A stretch of 64,000 nt of DNA from Bacteroidetes bacterium OLB12 (GTDB lineage Bacteria > Bacteroidota > Bacteroidia > Cytophagales > Cyclobacteriaceae). The DNA lies in NCBI GenBank assembly GCA_001567185.1, contig LNFR01000066.1, positions 2,138-66,137 on the forward strand, in the 5' to 3' direction. The notes under the pieces were generated by a model. It did not search any database. It was not told where the DNA came from and saw only the letters and a program-made list of their open reading frames with translations. This document shows positions 31,685-41,660 of this stretch, piece after piece. Every line of letters starts with the position of its first letter. Position 1 is the stretch's first letter. The translations under genes were made by a program, and so were the position numbers.

Positions 31685-34600
31685 ATGCAGGCGGATCAGG
31701 AGTTGGGGTTGTATCGCCCCGAATTTGAAAAAGATTCTTGTGGTGTTGGCTTTATCGCCAACATGAAAGGAAACAAGTCGCACCAGATTGTAAGCGATGC
31801 GTTAACCATGCTGGAGCGCATGGAGCACCGTGGTGCTTGTGGTTGCGAACCCAACACGGGCGATGGGGCCGGTATTTTAATTCAGGTGCCGCATGAATTT
31901 TTTATTTCAGCGTGCAGTAAGCTTGGGTTTAAACTTCCTGAGTTTGGAAGCTATGGAGTAGGGCTTGTCTTTTTTCCGCGCGATGCCAAAGTGCGTGAAG
32001 AATGCCGCAAGGTGCTGGATCGGCAAATCAAAAAAATGAAGATGACCTTGTTGGGGTATCGCATTTTACCCACCAACAACAAAGACCTGGGCGAAACAGC
32101 GTTGAATGCAGAGCCGGTAATGGAACAGGTATTCATTAAACGGCCCGATAAAATTTCTAACCCCGATGATTTTGAACGCAAACTTTTCATCTTACGGAAA
32201 TACACCACCCACATTATTACCGAATCGGTAAAGGGGGTTGATAATAAATTTTATTTCTCTTCACTTTCCTATAAAACCATAGCGTACAAAGGCATGGTTA
32301 CATCCGGGCAATTGCGACCTTACTTTGCAGACCTGGAGCACGAAGATGTGGTGTCGGCCCTGGCAGTTATTCATTCACGCTTTTCCACAAACACGTTTCC
32401 TTCGTGGCGATTGGCACAACCGTTTCGCTACATTGCGCACAATGGGGAGATCAATACCGTACGCGGAAACATAAATTGGCTCAACTCCAAAGAAGCATTC
32501 TTCTCTTCAAAATATTTTACACGTGAAGAGTTGGACATGATCCTGCCGATCTGCAATCCCAGGCAATCCGATTCATCCAATCTTGACAATGCCATTGAGT
32601 TGCTTGTGCATGCCGGCCGTTCGTTGCCGCATGTAATGATGATGCTGATTCCCGAAGCGTGGGATGGTAACGAAAGCATGAGCCAGGAGAAGCGCGACTT
32701 TTACGAATACCATGCTAACCTGATGGAACCATGGGATGGCCCCGCCTCCATTACATTTACCGATGGAAAAATTATTGGTGCTACGCTTGATCGGAACGGA
32801 CTTCGGCCATCGCGGTTTGTTGTTACCGATGACGATATGGTGATTATGGCTTCGGAGGTGGGAGTGTTAGATATTGATCCCGCCAAGGTAGTAACAAAGG
32901 GACGCCTGCAACCCGGAAAAATGTTTGTGGTGGACATGGAGCAAGGGCGCATTGTAAGTGATGATGAACTGAAGAAAGAAATCTGCAACCGCCAACCTTA
33001 CGGGAAGTGGCTGCGCGAAAATAAAGTACGCTTATTGGATCTGCCCGAGCCGGGAGGAAGTTTTCATAAGTACGACCCGGTTACTTTCTTAAAAAGACAA
33101 ATTTCATTTGGTTATACATCCGAAGACCTGCGTGTTATTTTAACACAAATGTGCGAAACGGGTAAGGAAGCTTTGGGCTCGATGGGTAACGATACACCAT
33201 TGGCCGTGCTTTCCAAACAAGCGCAGCATTTAAGCAGTTACTTCAAACAACTTTTTGCGCAAGTAACCAATCCGCCTATCGATCCGATTCGCGAGCGGTT
33301 GGTTATGTCGTTGGTATCGCATGTGGGTGGTTCGCTGAATTTACTGGAAGAGTCACCGGAACATTGCATCACCTTAGAGTTACCCACACCGGTGTTAACT
33401 AATAATGAGATAGAGCGGATCCGTTACATCGACCATCGCCACCTGCAAACCAAAACCATTTACACCTATTTTAAAGCCGATGGCCAGGCGGGCTCGCTCG
33501 AGAAAGGATTGAACCGCGTATGTCAATATGTTACCGATGCCATTGAAGATGGCTTCACGATAATCATTCTTTCCGACAGAAGTTTTGATAGCGGCCATGC
33601 GCAGATACCATCGTTGCTGGCAGTAGCAGCCGTACATCATGATTTGATCCGCAAAGGATTAAGAGGAAAAGTAGGGTTGCTGGTAGAAGCGGGCGATGTG
33701 TGGGAAACCCATCACTATGCAACCCTGCTTGGCTATGGTGCTTCGGGTGTAAATCCTTACCTCGTGTACCAGACTATTCACGATATGAAGAAGCGAAATG
33801 TGCTGAAGGAAGATTTATCGGAAGAAAAGGCAATAACGAATTACAAGAAAGCGGTAGCCGGTGAGCTGTTGAAGATTATGAGCAAGATGGGTATCTCTAC
33901 GCTTCAATCGTATCATGGAGCACAGATTTTTGAAGCACTCGGCATACATCCGGAAGTAATTGATCAATACTTTGTAGGAACGGTTTCTCGTATTGGTGGA
34001 TTAAAGTTGGATGACATTGCCCTGGAGGCGCTGGCCAAGCACCGGCTTGCTTTCCCCACAACGGCAAATGCGCTGCCCCGCCTGGCGGTAGGAGGTGTAT
34101 ATCAATGGAAACAACGAGGCGAGGTTCACTTATTCAATCCGCAAACCATTCACCTGTTGCAACAATCCACCAAAGTGAACGATTATGCGTTGTTTAAAAA
34201 ATATTCAAGCCTTATTAACGATCAGAGTGAACGGGCTATTACCCTGCGCAGCTTGCTTAAATTCAAAAAGGGGAAGTCCATTCCGATTAGTGAAGTAGAA
34301 TCGAAAGAAAGCATTTTCAAACGATTTGCTACCGGGGCCATGTCGTTTGGATCTATTTCGTACGAAGCACACAGTACCCTGGCAATTGCGATGAATCGCA
34401 TTGGAGGCAAGAGCAACAGTGGAGAAGGCGGTGAAGACGAGGCCCGCTTCTTACCAAAGGAAGATGGTACCTGGGAAAATTCGGCTATTAAACAAGTTGC
34501 TTCCGGTCGGTTTGGTGTAACAAGTTATTACCTCACCAATGCAAAAGAACTGCAGATTAAAATGGCGCAAGGGGCCAAGCCGGGTGAAGGCGGTCAGCTT

Positions 34601-36247
34601 CCCGGCCATAAAGTAGATGAGTGGATTGGACGTGTGCGGCACTCCACTCCGGGAGTAGGATTAATCTCGCCACCACCGCATCATGATATTTATTCCATTG
34701 AAGACTTAGCGCAGCTCATTTATGATTTGAAGAATGCGAATCGCGAGGCGCGCATTAGTGTTAAGCTGGTAAGTGAAGCGGGTGTGGGTACTATTGCCTC
34801 TGGAGTAGCGAAAGCCCATGCCGATGTAATTCTGATTGCCGGGCATGATGGCGGAACGGGGGCATCACCCATCAGCTCCATTCGCCACGCGGGCTTACCC
34901 TGGGAGCTTGGTTTGGCGGAGGCTCATCAGACATTAGTGCGAAATAAATTGCGCGGCCGTGTTGTGTTGCAAGCCGATGGACAAATTCGTACGGGTCGTG
35001 ATTTGGCTATTGCTGCCTTGCTTGGCGCAGAAGAATGGGGAGTAGCAACAGCCGCGCTGGTAACAACCGGTTGTATTATGATGCGCAAGTGCCATCTTAA
35101 CACATGCCCGGTGGGTGTGGCTACACAAAACAAAGAACTGCGTGCGCTCTTTACAGGTAAACCCGAATATGTGGTAAACCTGTTTACATTCCTGGCCGAA
35201 GAGTTGCGCGAAATTATGGCCGAGTTGGGATTCAGAACTGTAAATGAAATGGTTGGGCAAGCCGATCGTCTTGAACTATCCGACAACGAGGATCATTGGA
35301 AATATCAGAACCTGGATCTTTCACCACTCCTGTTTAAGGAACCCATGAGTTTAGATACCGCCTTGTTCAAACAAGAAGAACAAGACCATGGAATTGAAAA
35401 TGTATTGGATAGAAAGTTAATTCAATTGGCTGAACCGGCTTTAAAGAAAGCGGAGCCTGTGCGCGGATCATTCACAATTACAAACCAGGATCGTGCAGTA
35501 GGAGCCATGCTCAGTAATGAAATTTCAAAAATTTATCTGGGCCCGGGTTTACCGGTTGACACCGTGCGTGTAAAGTTTACCGGCACAGCCGGGCAAAGTT
35601 TCGGAGCTTTTGTAACCGGTGGTGTTACTTTCGAGTTAGCGGGCGATGCAAATGATTACTTCGGAAAAGGATTGTCAGGAGGCAAGTTGGTTTTATATCC
35701 TTCATCGGCAGCAACGTTTAATCCCTCAAAAAATATCATTGTAGGGAACGTAGCCTTTTTTGGAGCAACCTCTGGGGAAGCATTTATTAAAGGAATGGCT
35801 GGCGAACGGTTTGCTGTACGCAACTCTGGCGTAAAGGTGGTAGTAGAAGGCGTGGGCGATCATGGGTGCGAATACATGACGGGGGGCACGGTTGTAGTGC
35901 TGGGCGATACAGGAAGAAATTTTGCTGCGGGAATGAGTGGCGGTGTTGCCTACGTGTGGGATGTAAACAAAACATTTGTTAAAAACTGCAACATGGAAAT
36001 GGTATTGCTCGATACCCTGAATGAAGAAGATGAGCAGTTACTTCACCACATGATTGAACAACACCATCAACACACCAACAGCGATGTAGCTGCACATATT
36101 TTAGGATATTGGACCAGTGCTTTTAAAAACTTTTTAAAGGTGATGCCGATCGACTACAAGGCAGTGTTGGAAAAACAAAAAGCGGAAAAGAAAGCTTCGA
36201 TACAAACTACATTGGGCAATACAGATTTTAAATTTTCATCAAACTGA
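31685..36247 (+). CDS. gltB: Glutamate synthase large subunit
   Basis: EKDSCGVGF N-terminus, HSRFSTNT, IKMAQGAKPGEGGQLPG, CIMMRKCHLNTCPVG, GXGXG C-terminal domain. Confidence 0.98.
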   Translation: MQADQELGLYRPEFEKDSCGVGFIANMKGNKSHQIVSDALTMLERMEHRGACGCEPNTGDGAGILIQVPHEFFISACSKLGFKLPEFGSYGVGLVFFPRDAKVREECRKVLDRQIKKMKMTLLGYRILPTNNKDLGETALNAEPVMEQVFIKRPDKISNPDDFERKLFILRKYTTHIITESVKGVDNKFYFSSLSYKTIAYKGMVTSGQLRPYFADLEHEDVVSALAVIHSRFSTNTFPSWRLAQPFRYIAHNGEINTVRGNINWLNSKEAFFSSKYFTREELDMILPICNPRQSDSSNLDNAIELLVHAGRSLPHVMMMLIPEAWDGNESMSQEKRDFYEYHANLMEPWDGPASITFTDGKIIGATLDRNGLRPSRFVVTDDDMVIMASEVGVLDIDPAKVVTKGRLQPGKMFVVDMEQGRIVSDDELKKEICNRQPYGKWLRENKVRLLDLPEPGGSFHKYDPVTFLKRQISFGYTSEDLRVILTQMCETGKEALGSMGNDTPLAVLSKQAQHLSSYFKQLFAQVTNPPIDPIRERLVMSLVSHVGGSLNLLEESPEHCITLELPTPVLTNNEIERIRYIDHRHLQTKTIYTYFKADGQAGSLEKGLNRVCQYVTDAIEDGFTIIILSDRSFDSGHAQIPSLLAVAAVHHDLIRKGLRGKVGLLVEAGDVWETHHYATLLGYGASGVNPYLVYQTIHDMKKRNVLKEDLSEEKAITNYKKAVAGELLKIMSKMGISTLQSYHGAQIFEALGIHPEVIDQYFVGTVSRIGGLKLDDIALEALAKHRLAFPTTANALPRLAVGGVYQWKQRGEVHLFNPQTIHLLQQSTKVNDYALFKKYSSLINDQSERAITLRSLLKFKKGKSIPISEVESKESIFKRFATGAMSFGSISYEAHSTLAIAMNRIGGKSNSGEGGEDEARFLPKEDGTWENSAIKQVASGRFGVTSYYLTNAKELQIKMAQGAKPGEGGQLPGHKVDEWIGRVRHSTPGVGLISPPPHHDIYSIEDLAQLIYDLKNANREARISVKLVSEAGVGTIASGVAKAHADVILIAGHDGGTGASPISSIRHAGLPWELGLAEAHQTLVRNKLRGRVVLQADGQIRTGRDLAIAALLGAEEWGVATAALVTTGCIMMRKCHLNTCPVGVATQNKELRALFTGKPEYVVNLFTFLAEELREIMAELGFRTVNEMVGQADRLELSDNEDHWKYQNLDLSPLLFKEPMSLDTALFKQEEQDHGIENVLDRKLIQLAEPALKKAEPVRGSFTITNQDRAVGAMLSNEISKIYLGPGLPVDTVRVKFTGTAGQSFGAFVTGGVTFELAGDANDYFGKGLSGGKLVLYPSSAATFNPSKNIIVGNVAFFGATSGEAFIKGMAGERFAVRNSGVKVVVEGVGDHGCEYMTGGTVVVLGDTGRNFAAGMSGGVAYVWDVNKTFVKNCNMEMVLLDTLNEEDEQLLHHMIEQHHQHTNSDVAAHILGYWTSAFKNFLKVMPIDYKAVLEKQKAEKKASIQTTLGNTDFKFSSN

Positions 36248-36250
36248 TGA

Positions 36251-36347
36251 TTTCAGATTCAAGATTTAAAATTCAAAATTGGATAAGAGTTTTGAATCTT
36301 GAATTTCCGAATCGTAAATCTTGAATTTTGGAATCTTAAATTTTGAA
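36251..36347. repeat. Degenerate heptamer array arranged as inverted arms in the gltB-gltD spacer
   Basis: Left arm TTTCAGA TTCAAGA TTTAAAA TTCAAAA; right arm TTTTGAA TCTTGAA TTTCCGAA TCGTAAA TCTTGAA TTTTGGAA TCTTAAA TTTTGAA (reverse-complement units). Confidence 0.8.
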
Positions 36348-36354
36348 TTGGATT

Positions 36355-37821
36355 ATGGGTAAACCAACAGGATTTTTAGAACAGCAACGAGAATTGCCGG
36401 GCAAGCGCGATCCCAAAAAACGGATTAATGATTACAACGAAGTTGACCCGGTAATTGATGAGAAGATAACCGTAAAGCAAGCTTCGCGCTGTATGGATTG
36501 TGGTGTTCCTTTTTGCCACCAGGGCTGTCCGCTGGGCAATATCATACCCGATTTTAACGATGCCGTGTACCAGGAAAACTGGAAACTTGCCTATGAAATT
36601 CTGATTTCGACAAACAACTTTCCGGAGTTTACCGGGCGAATTTGTCCGGCCCCCTGCGAAGCTTCGTGTGTGCTGGGAATTAATAAGCCACCCGTAACGA
36701 TCGAGTATATTGAGAAGTCGATTATTGAAAGAGCTTTTCAGGATGGATATGTAAAGCCGCGCATACCGGCAACACGCACCAATAAAAAAGTAGCGGTTGT
36801 GGGCTCGGGCCCGGCAGGGTTGGCAGCAGCTGCACAATTGAATTATGCAGGCCATTGGGTAACTGTGTTTGAGCGTGCCGATGAAATAGGGGGCTTGCTG
36901 CGCTATGGTATTCCTGATTTTAAGTTGGATAAGCAAGTGGTTGACCGCAGGGTTCAACTGATGATTGAAGAAGGTGTGAAGTTTCAGACGAATGCGAATG
37001 TGGGTGTAAACATTTCGGTTGAGCAATTGAAAGAAGAGTTTGATGCCATTCTGTTGTGCGGAGGATCAACCATTCCGCGCGATTTACCGATCCCCGGAAG
37101 GGAATTGAAAGGCGTACACTTTGCTATGGATTTCTTAACACAACAAAATAGAAGGGTAGGAGGTAAAAAGGTGAACGCGGAAGAAATCTGGGCAACCGGA
37201 AAAAATGTGGTGGTGATAGGGGGTGGCGATACCGGCTCGGATTGTGTAGGCACCTCTAACCGGCATGGAGCGAAATTGGTAACGCAGATTGAAATTTTAG
37301 CGAAGCCACCCATTGAAAGAACTGCTGCAATGCCCTGGCCAAACTGGCCCATGATTTTAAGAACATCCACTTCGCATGAAGAAGGTTGTGAACGCAACTG
37401 GTCAATCATTACCAAAGCATTTGTGGGCGATGAGCAGGGCAATTTGAAAGCCCTGAAGATTGCCGAGGTAGAAATGAAACAGGAACCAGGTAAACCATCT
37501 GCGTTTGTGGAAGTGCCGGGTACAGAAAAAGAAATTCCATGTGAGTTGGCTTTGCTTGCCATGGGCTTTTTACATCCGCAACAACATGGCTTGTTAGAAC
37601 AATTAGGAGTTGACAGAGATGAACGAGGCAATGTGAAAGCAAACCGTTACCTTACTTCGGTAGAAGGTGTATTTGCTGCAGGCGATATGCGCAGGGGACA
37701 ATCGTTGGTGGTGTGGGCAATTAGTGAGGGCCGCGAAGCAGCCCGAGCGGTAGATCAATACCTGGAAGGGCAATCGGCTTTGGATGCAAAAGAAGTTGGG
37801 ATATTGAGTTTGATCAAATAG
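36355..37821 (+). CDS. gltD: Glutamate synthase small subunit
   Basis: MGKPTGF, RCMDCGVPFC...CPLGNIIP, GSGPAGLAAA, GGGDTGSDC. Start taken at ATG 36355. Confidence 0.98.
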   Translation: MGKPTGFLEQQRELPGKRDPKKRINDYNEVDPVIDEKITVKQASRCMDCGVPFCHQGCPLGNIIPDFNDAVYQENWKLAYEILISTNNFPEFTGRICPAPCEASCVLGINKPPVTIEYIEKSIIERAFQDGYVKPRIPATRTNKKVAVVGSGPAGLAAAAQLNYAGHWVTVFERADEIGGLLRYGIPDFKLDKQVVDRRVQLMIEEGVKFQTNANVGVNISVEQLKEEFDAILLCGGSTIPRDLPIPGRELKGVHFAMDFLTQQNRRVGGKKVNAEEIWATGKNVVVIGGGDTGSDCVGTSNRHGAKLVTQIEILAKPPIERTAAMPWPNWPMILRTSTSHEEGCERNWSIITKAFVGDEQGNLKALKIAEVEMKQEPGKPSAFVEVPGTEKEIPCELALLAMGFLHPQQHGLLEQLGVDRDERGNVKANRYLTSVEGVFAAGDMRRGQSLVVWAISEGREAARAVDQYLEGQSALDAKEVGILSLIK

Positions 37822-37827
37822 CCTCCA

Positions 37828-38859
37828 TCATCCACCTGCTTTCAAATAGTTTAATGTAACAGTTTCCTCGCGCGTTAATCCACGGTGTTTGTTTCCCTTG
37901 CTGGCCTTGTTCCATTTTGATCGAAACGTACCGGTTGACCAATCGGATAAAATGGATGGATGAATGTAACTTGAACGGCATACCGTGGGGGTGTTGCCCA
38001 AATCTGCAGCAACCGTTTTTACAACATCGTTAGCTACTCGTTTGCGTGCTCTTTCAGTATCGGGGTCTAATTGTTTTGAGAGCCGGAAGGCTGTTTTCCA
38101 GGTTGCAGCCCAGGTGCGAAAATCTTTTGCAGTGATGTTGGTGTTTTCCGGAGTAATGGCATCCAGGTATTCATTAATGTGGTTGGCCTTTACATCGTAG
38201 TCTTTCCCATTTTTATCATGATACCGGAACAAATCCTGGTTTTTGTTTTTACCACCCACTTCACCCGATGCCTGAATAATTTTTACAAGATCATCTTCCC
38301 AGATTCTCCGCTTCCAGAGCTTTCCGGATTTACCTATAAACTCAAAAACGGCATCGCCCTTACCCTCTGCATTGGCCGACCGATCAAAAACAACATGACC
38401 TTCTTTTAATGTAGTGAGGCCGTAGGAATTATTTTGTTTAGCATACTCGTCATTCCCAACCCGGAAGTGGTACAAATCAATTAGTTTAATAATCAACGCT
38501 ACCACTTTTTCTTTTGGCATACCGTGAAGTTTTAAATCGCGGGTTACTTCTTTGCGGATGCCGGGCAGCATTTCTGCAAAACCAACCATGCTGTCAAACT
38601 TTTCGGTTGCACGCGCCAATGTCCAGCTTTCGTGATAGCGATATTGAAGCCGCCCTTTTACATCTTTACCGGTAGCCTGCAGGTGGGCGGTGGCATCAAT
38701 GGAAATCCATACATCTACCCAGGCCGGAGGCAGCACCAGTTTGTTGCAACGATCAATCACTTTCTGGTTTGAAATTTTTTTACCCCGATGATCGAAGTAA
38801 TGCCACACTAGCTTTTTGCCGGCCTTTGCTTTTTTTCTGGATATGCCTTTTTTCTGCAT
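37828..38859 (-). CDS. Bacterial DNA topoisomerase IB (vaccinia-like)
   Basis: LPPAWVDVWI, KGRLQYRYH, FRVGNDEY, FIGKSGK, KDFRTW, LGNTPTVCRSSYIHP. Start taken at ATG 38859. Confidence 0.93.
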   Translation of the reverse strand: MQKKGISRKKAKAGKKLVWHYFDHRGKKISNQKVIDRCNKLVLPPAWVDVWISIDATAHLQATGKDVKGRLQYRYHESWTLARATEKFDSMVGFAEMLPGIRKEVTRDLKLHGMPKEKVVALIIKLIDLYHFRVGNDEYAKQNNSYGLTTLKEGHVVFDRSANAEGKGDAVFEFIGKSGKLWKRRIWEDDLVKIIQASGEVGGKNKNQDLFRYHDKNGKDYDVKANHINEYLDAITPENTNITAKDFRTWAATWKTAFRLSKQLDPDTERARKRVANDVVKTVAADLGNTPTVCRSSYIHPSILSDWSTGTFRSKWNKASKGNKHRGLTREETVTLNYLKAGG

Positions 38860-39037
38860 TTGTGCTTTGCATTGATGCAACTGGAAATTGAAAATACGGA
38901 ATGTTGTGTTAGGAAACAATTTGAAAGAAAGTAAACCTCCGGAAAGGGACTTGCTGGATTGGGCAATGCATAAGATAAATTTGAAAAGTCGATAACCGAA
39001 CTTATTCGTTAACTATTTTTACAGCGACTAACACACC

Positions 39038-40165
39038 ATGAAAAAATCCACATCTAAACATACCCTTAGTGTTCATGCCGGTTCCATGGGAGACCCGGTC
39101 TATGGCGGGGTAGTTACGCCCATCTATCCTTCATCGGCCTACGATTATGAGGCTGAAGTACGCTACCCGCGCTACTATAACACGCCAAATCAAAAAGTGG
39201 TAGTAGAAAAATTAGTTGCGCTTGAAAACGGTGAAGACGGTTTGATCTTCAGTTCGGGTATGGCCGCCATCATGACGAGTATTTTTGGAATGATGCGGGC
39301 CGGAGATCACATTCTGTTTCAGAATGATTTATATGGAGGCACGCACCATGCCGCTTTGCATGAACTGGTGCGCTATGGCATGGAATATTCTATGGCCGAT
39401 GTTTCGGATCTGAAAAGTTTTGAAAAAGCGATTCGGAAAAACACAAAAGTGATTTATGTAGAAACCCCTTCTAATCCTTTATTGAAGATTACCGATCTGA
39501 AAGCAGTGGCGAAGTTGGCAAAGAAGTACGGCATCATAACAATTATCGACAATACGTTTGCCAGCCCGGTAAATCAAAACCCCATGGATCTGGGCATTGA
39601 CATTGTTACACACAGCGGCACCAAATACATTGGTGGCCATAGCGACATCTGCTGCGGGGCCATGGTTTCATCTAAAAAACTTACGGAGCAGATTAAGCAA
39701 AGCGCTATGCACTTTGGTGGAAGCTTAGATGCACAAACATGCTACTTGGTGGAGCGGAGTTTAAAAACAATTGTGCTTCGCGTGGAAAAACAAAACGAAA
39801 ATGCGTTGGCCCTTGCGCGGTATCTTGAAGGAGAACCCCGTGTAGCGAAAGTTTTTTATCCGGGTCTAAAAAATCATCCCGGGTATGCCATTGCAAAAAA
39901 ACAAATGCCCGGTGGCTTTGGCGGAATGCTTTCATTTGAAATAAAAACAGATCCCGATAAGTTTACCAAACGGCTGCACTACATTAAGCGGGCTATTAGC
40001 CTGGGCGGTGTAGAGTCAACCATTACATCGCCTGCAAAAACATCGCACGCAAAACTTACGGTAGCCGAACGGAAGGCAGCAGGAATCTCTGACAAACTGA
40101 TGCGTCTTTCAGTAGGGATTGAAGAGGCGGCCGACCTGATAGCGGATATTAAACACGCGTTATGA
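39038..40165 (+). CDS. Cystathionine beta-lyase/gamma-synthase family PLP enzyme
   Basis: FSSGMAAI, ETPSNP, IDNTFASP, HSGTKYIGGHSD. Confidence 0.93.
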   Translation: MKKSTSKHTLSVHAGSMGDPVYGGVVTPIYPSSAYDYEAEVRYPRYYNTPNQKVVVEKLVALENGEDGLIFSSGMAAIMTSIFGMMRAGDHILFQNDLYGGTHHAALHELVRYGMEYSMADVSDLKSFEKAIRKNTKVIYVETPSNPLLKITDLKAVAKLAKKYGIITIIDNTFASPVNQNPMDLGIDIVTHSGTKYIGGHSDICCGAMVSSKKLTEQIKQSAMHFGGSLDAQTCYLVERSLKTIVLRVEKQNENALALARYLEGEPRVAKVFYPGLKNHPGYAIAKKQMPGGFGGMLSFEIKTDPDKFTKRLHYIKRAISLGGVESTITSPAKTSHAKLTVAERKAAGISDKLMRLSVGIEEAADLIADIKHAL

Positions 40166-40166
40166 A

Positions 40167-41114
40167 TTAACGGTGAGTAAGGAAGTACAGGTAACCCGCA
40201 TAAATACTCAGAAAGATTAACCCTTCCCACCTACTGATTCGGGGACGCTTACCAACAATTACAGCTACAATCAAGGCTGAAGTGGAGATCAGGACCATTA
40301 AAATATCCTGGTTGCTATGATCGTTGAAAGGAATGGGTGTTAACACGGAGGTGAAACCAAGTATCCATAAAATATTGAAGATGTTGGATCCGATCGCATT
40401 GCCTACGGCCATATCGGTATTGTTTTTATAGGCAGCTACGGCCGAGGTGACCAATTCGGGCAGGGAGGTTCCTACAGCCACAATAGTAAGTCCAATTACC
40501 GATTCGCTTATCCCGAATAAGCGGGCAATTTCGGTAGAACCATTTACTACCCAGTCTCCGCCAAAGTAAAGGGCAACAACACCAATCGCAATAAACAAAA
40601 CGGATTTTAGCATGGGTTGGGGAACCGCAGAATCCTCGGGGCCTTCGATTTTTTTTCGGGCTATCACAAAAATGTAAATCATGAACAATGCAAAGAAGTA
40701 CAACATAATGCCGCCTTCTTCGCGGCCAATGGTGTTGGCGCCAGAGTAAAAAATATTAGCATTGGCCAAAAAGCCCAGAAGCAAGGCAGCCAATACGGAG
40801 AATGGGATTTCAATAAAGTAAGTATCGCGTGGAATAGGTAGAGGCCGGATAAGCGCAGCAATTCCTAAAATGATGAGCACATTGGCAATATTGCTTCCTA
40901 AAATATTACCCAACCCTAATTCGGCCTGGCCGTTCAGGCTGGCAACGGTGGTAACTAACAGTTCGGGCAGCGAGGTTCCAAACGAAACAATAGTAAGTCC
41001 GATTACCATTTCAGAAATCCGTAACCTCCTACCTATAGCGGATGCGCCCACTACCAGCAAATCAGCCCCTTTAATCAGAAAGACAAAGCCAAGTACAAAA
41101 AGCAAATAGACCAT
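40167..41114 (-). CDS. Calcium/sodium antiporter (CaCA, YrbG-like)
   Basis: Two alpha repeats GTSLPEL, with GSNIAN and GSNIFN. Confidence 0.93.
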   Translation of the reverse strand: MVYLLFVLGFVFLIKGADLLVVGASAIGRRLRISEMVIGLTIVSFGTSLPELLVTTVASLNGQAELGLGNILGSNIANVLIILGIAALIRPLPIPRDTYFIEIPFSVLAALLLGFLANANIFYSGANTIGREEGGIMLYFFALFMIYIFVIARKKIEGPEDSAVPQPMLKSVLFIAIGVVALYFGGDWVVNGSTEIARLFGISESVIGLTIVAVGTSLPELVTSAVAAYKNNTDMAVGNAIGSNIFNILWILGFTSVLTPIPFNDHSNQDILMVLISTSALIVAVIVGKRPRISRWEGLIFLSIYAGYLYFLTHR

Positions 41115-41149
41115 TCGCAGTTAATATAAATAAAATATTTAATTGCAAC

Positions 41150-41605
41150 ATGATTCTGATACGAGAAGCTGTGCCCGATGATGCGCTGTACATCATCGAC
41201 TTTCAACTAAAAATGGCCATGGAAACCGAAAGTTTGCAATTGGATTACCATACAGTAACCAAAGGAGTGCATGCAGTGTTTGAAGATCCCTCCAAAGGGG
41301 CCTATTATGTGGCTGTTGAAGAGGGCAGGGTGGTTGGCAGCCTGTTGACAACCTACGAGTGGAGTGACTGGCGTTTTGGAACGGTGCTCTGGATACAATC
41401 CGTTTACCTTGTGCCCGAAGCGCGGGGTAAGGGCATATTTAAAAAAATGTATCAGCACATCCAGCAACTGGTTACGCCCCAATCAGGGTACCGGGGCATT
41501 CGGTTATACGTAGATAAAACCAATACCCGCGCACAACATGTTTATGAACGGCTGGGGATGAACGGAGATCACTACCAGCTGTATGAGTGGATGCCTGGGT
41601 ATTGA
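41150..41605 (+). CDS. GNAT-family N-acetyltransferase
   Basis: WIQSVYLVPEARGKGIF, NTRAQHVYERLGM. Confidence 0.9.
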   Translation: MILIREAVPDDALYIIDFQLKMAMETESLQLDYHTVTKGVHAVFEDPSKGAYYVAVEEGRVVGSLLTTYEWSDWRFGTVLWIQSVYLVPEARGKGIFKKMYQHIQQLVTPQSGYRGIRLYVDKTNTRAQHVYERLGMNGDHYQLYEWMPGY

Positions 41606-41660
41606 TTTTCTCTAGTTACCGGTATCGTTTTATAAAAGGTACAAGCGTGACGCTTGCAGG

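Noticed and set aside
5717-38859. A DNA-repair island (SNF2, radA, radical SAM, TopIB)
   Set aside because: The genes are separated by many unrelated ones, and the CTAA-N5-TTAG box was seen at only one of them.
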